A stretch of DNA of 32,000 nt from assembly GCF_900187275.1 (NCBI RefSeq), contig NZ_LT906458.1, forward strand, positions 1,200,001 to 1,232,000, in the 5' to 3' direction. Numbering within the stretch: position 1 is the stretch's first letter; every line of letters begins with the position of its first letter. This stretch comes from Pasteurella multocida (GTDB taxonomy: Bacteria; Pseudomonadota; Gammaproteobacteria; Enterobacterales; Pasteurellaceae). The notes under the pieces are model-generated. The model was not told the origin of the DNA. It did not search any database and saw nothing but the letters and a program-made list of their open reading frames with translations. This document shows positions 29,929-32,000 of the stretch, piece after piece. A program made the position numbers and the translations under genes.

Positions 29929-31175
29929 TAGTTAAATCTCCCTTGGCGAGTATTTTCTTGTCGTGTTGACGATGTTGATGTTTGTGTAGGCATCACGTTT
30001 GGTGTCTCGGCACGGAACACTGGACGCACTTCCTCTGAGGTCGCATTTGTTGACTTCCCTTTCGTTTGTTGTCCCTTCAAAATTTGCTCTAATGGCAACA
30101 CCGTCAAATTGTTTCCACTATTGCCATCCAACATCACTTTTGGTGTATTCGCCATCACTTTTTCCATGGTTTGAATATACAAACGTTCACGTAATAACTC
30201 CGGTGCCGCTTTAAACTCTGGCAGCAAACGTTCGAAACGTTCCACTTCCCCTTTGGCATCTAACACCACACGATCTTTATAGGCAGTCGCTTCTTCTAGA
30301 ATACGCTGTGCATCACCTCGCGCAATTGGCTCACGCTCACGTGCATAGGCTTCCGCCTCACGAATATAACGCTGTTCATCTTCTTGCGCTTTAATCGCAT
30401 CATCGAACGCATCTTTCACTTCTTCTGGTGGGCGCGCAGATTGGAAGTTCACGTCCACCACTTCGAGTCCCATATTATAAGGCTCAATAATTGTGTTTAA
30501 AGTTTTCCACGTGTTTTCACGCACCACTGAACGCCCCGTGGTTAAAATATCATCCATTGACATATGACCAATCACATAACGTAATGCACTGTCTGTGGCT
30601 TGATTTAAACTATCATCCGCATTAGTCACACTGAATAAATACTTGGCTGGATCATGAACACGATACTGCACCGTCATTTCTACCTTCACCATGTTTTCAT
30701 CTTGCGTTAACATTGAACCCTGTGTTCTTAACTCTTTCACTTGCTCAACGTTCACCGGAATCACGCGGTCAATAAAAGTCGGTTTCCAGTTTAAACCCGG
30801 TTGAACAATAGCGTGTAATTCACCAAAACGCATCACCACGCCACGTTCTGCTTCTTTGACAGTATAAAAACCGCTAACGCCCCAGACAATTGCACCAATC
30901 ACCGCTGCAATTGGCAATAATTTACCAAGATTTAACGATCCACCAGAATGCGAGTTATTGCGTTTACCGCCATTCCCTGAACCGCCTAATTTTTTCAGCA
31001 GATTATTAAAAATCTCTTCAATATCAGGTGGTGATTGCTCTTGATTGTTTTGCTTACGACCTGACTGGTTATCATTCCAATTCGGCTGACCGCCTTCATT
31101 ATCAGGACGCTGACTCTCAGGTTTTTTCTGTCCGGGTTTGCCCCAAGGATCTTGATCTGAACCGTTCAATGACAT
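29928..31175 (-). CDS. hflK: Membrane protease modulator HflK (SPFH/band-7)
   Basis: It has a Gly/Asn/Gln-rich N-terminus, a TM, and GFYTVKEAERGVVMRFGELH...NWKPTFID, matching E. coli HflK as recalled. I prefer the ATG at 31175 (MSLNGSDQDPWG), which has GGAGA 5 nt upstream. The track start at 31187 has no SD. Confidence 0.9.
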   Translation of the reverse strand: MSLNGSDQDPWGKPGQKKPESQRPDNEGGQPNWNDNQSGRKQNNQEQSPPDIEEIFNNLLKKLGGSGNGGKRNNSHSGGSLNLGKLLPIAAVIGAIVWGVSGFYTVKEAERGVVMRFGELHAIVQPGLNWKPTFIDRVIPVNVEQVKELRTQGSMLTQDENMVKVEMTVQYRVHDPAKYLFSVTNADDSLNQATDSALRYVIGHMSMDDILTTGRSVVRENTWKTLNTIIEPYNMGLEVVDVNFQSARPPEEVKDAFDDAIKAQEDEQRYIREAEAYAREREPIARGDAQRILEEATAYKDRVVLDAKGEVERFERLLPEFKAAPELLRERLYIQTMEKVMANTPKVMLDGNSGNNLTVLPLEQILKGQQTKGKSTNATSEEVRPVFRAETPNVMPTQTSTSSTRQENTRQGRFN

Positions 31176-31371
31176 TACGTTCTCCATTTGTCAAAAAATT
31201 GTTACTTGTTTAAACAAATTCCCACAGTCTAAACAAAATGTTGGATTAAGTCTAACGAAACTCGTTACTAAATGGGGATATTTTTTATGATTTAAAGTGC
31301 CGCCAATAAAAACGCACAATGGTCTCATTTTTACGGCTTACTACCTGACTTTTGTCCTATCGCTTTGTCGG

Positions 31372-32000
31372 TCATGTTTTTTCATTCACCTTATAATAAA
31401 TGGCGTCGTGTAAGGTGGTTTCCGCTAATATTCCCCTCTGCCAAGTAAAATAGTGCACATCTAAGCACTGTGTTTGGTTAATAAAAAAAGCCAAGTAAAA
31501 CGGCAAGCGGTGACTAAAGAGGAGTTGACCCGCAGGACAGTGTTGTGACTGAATTTGGCGTAACAAGGGATCATGTTGGACAGACGATAACTTTACAATC
31601 CCGACCCCTTGTGATTTCAGCACAGCTTCACGTAAGCACCAAGACAAATAAAAACTCTTTTCTTTCTCTTGCTGTTGAGCAAACCACGCTTGCTCTGAAG
31701 GTGAGGCAAAATAAGCCAACAACGCTGGATAATCGCGTTCTTTCTGCGGTGATTCAATATCAATCCCGACAATACTGTTTCCTTGCGTATTGACACGCAA
31801 AATGACGGCAACCCAATCGCCCGAATGGCTAATATTAAAATCGACATCGTGCACAGGTAACTGAGGGCGACCACTCTGGCTATAATCAATGTGCTTTAAA
31901 AGTGCGGTCGGTTTTTGTGAAATTTTCAGTAATTGCCATAACAAAAAATGCGCCACCCAACGACAACGATGCCGTTTCTGCACACGTTGATTGCTAGATT
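31372..32000 (-). CDS. Sfp/AcpT-type 4'-phosphopantetheinyl transferase (HI0152/AcpT-like), 5' end probably off-window
   Basis: PPTase motifs are present: [17 protein letters not shown] and [12 protein letters not shown] (W/F-x-x-KEA-x-x-K). The track start at 31983 is GTG, and the frame stays open to position 32000. Alignment with E. coli AcpT (recalled) suggests ~25 more N-terminal residues. Confidence 0.75.
   Translation of the reverse strand, partial: SSNQRVQKRHRCRWVAHFLLWQLLKISQKPTALLKHIDYSQSGRPQLPVHDVDFNISHSGDWVAVILRVNTQGNSIVGIDIESPQKERDYPALLAYFASPSEQAWFAQQQEKEKSFYLSWCLREAVLKSQGVGIVKLSSVQHDPLLRQIQSQHCPAGQLLFSHRLPFYLAFFINQTQCLDVHYFTWQRGILAETTLHDAIYYKVNEKT
31900..31908 (+). repeat. Uptake signal sequence core (Hin-type USS)
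   Basis: Exact AAGTGCGGT followed by cggttttt, inside the PPTase gene. Confidence 0.85.

Noticed and set aside
31295-31303. AAGTGCCGC upstream of hflK, plus other one- or two-mismatch USS-like sites (1152, 5819, 8161, 15254, 18461, 21366)
   Set aside because: These are not exact cores. I did not count them as USS because degenerate copies cannot be separated from chance without a scoring matrix.

Overview
This window looks like core chromosome of a Pasteurellaceae-type gammaproteobacterium. I infer that from 19 exact copies, counted by eye, of the Hin-type uptake signal sequence AAGTGCGGT, and from protein similarity to Haemophilus and E. coli orthologues recalled from memory. Left to right it contains: the complete canonical dcw division/cell-wall cluster on the minus strand (mraZ-rsmH-ftsL-ftsI-murE-murF-mraY-murD-ftsW-murG-murC-ddlB-ftsQ-ftsA-ftsZ, with ftsZ cut by the window edge); a short-form cstA; a divergent fecBCDE-like iron ABC importer; a 76-aa zinc-ribbon membrane protein; artPIQM; gmhA; hpt; pmbA; yjgA; hflKC; and an AcpT/HI0152-like phosphopantetheinyl transferase whose 5' end is off-window. 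Coding density is high and almost every ORF is a recognisable housekeeping gene. I found no mobile element, CRISPR array, tRNA/rRNA, defence island or unexplained multi-gene system, so I do not claim a novel system here. The most interesting signals are non-coding. (1) The 234-nt pmbA-hpt spacer has a Fur-box, a TTGACA-16-TAAGAT promoter, about 130 nt without an ORF, and a strong intrinsic terminator. I read this as a candidate iron-responsive RyhB/HrrF-class small RNA. (2) Its operator is 19/22 identical to a sequence over the fecB promoter. (3) Three to four GTGG(T/A) direct repeats at 10-bp phase sit upstream of mraZ (a MraZ operator). (4) Tandem ARG boxes overlap the artP promoter. (5) A near-consensus CRP site lies upstream of cstA. 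Several ORF-track starts appear to be over-extended and are revised below.
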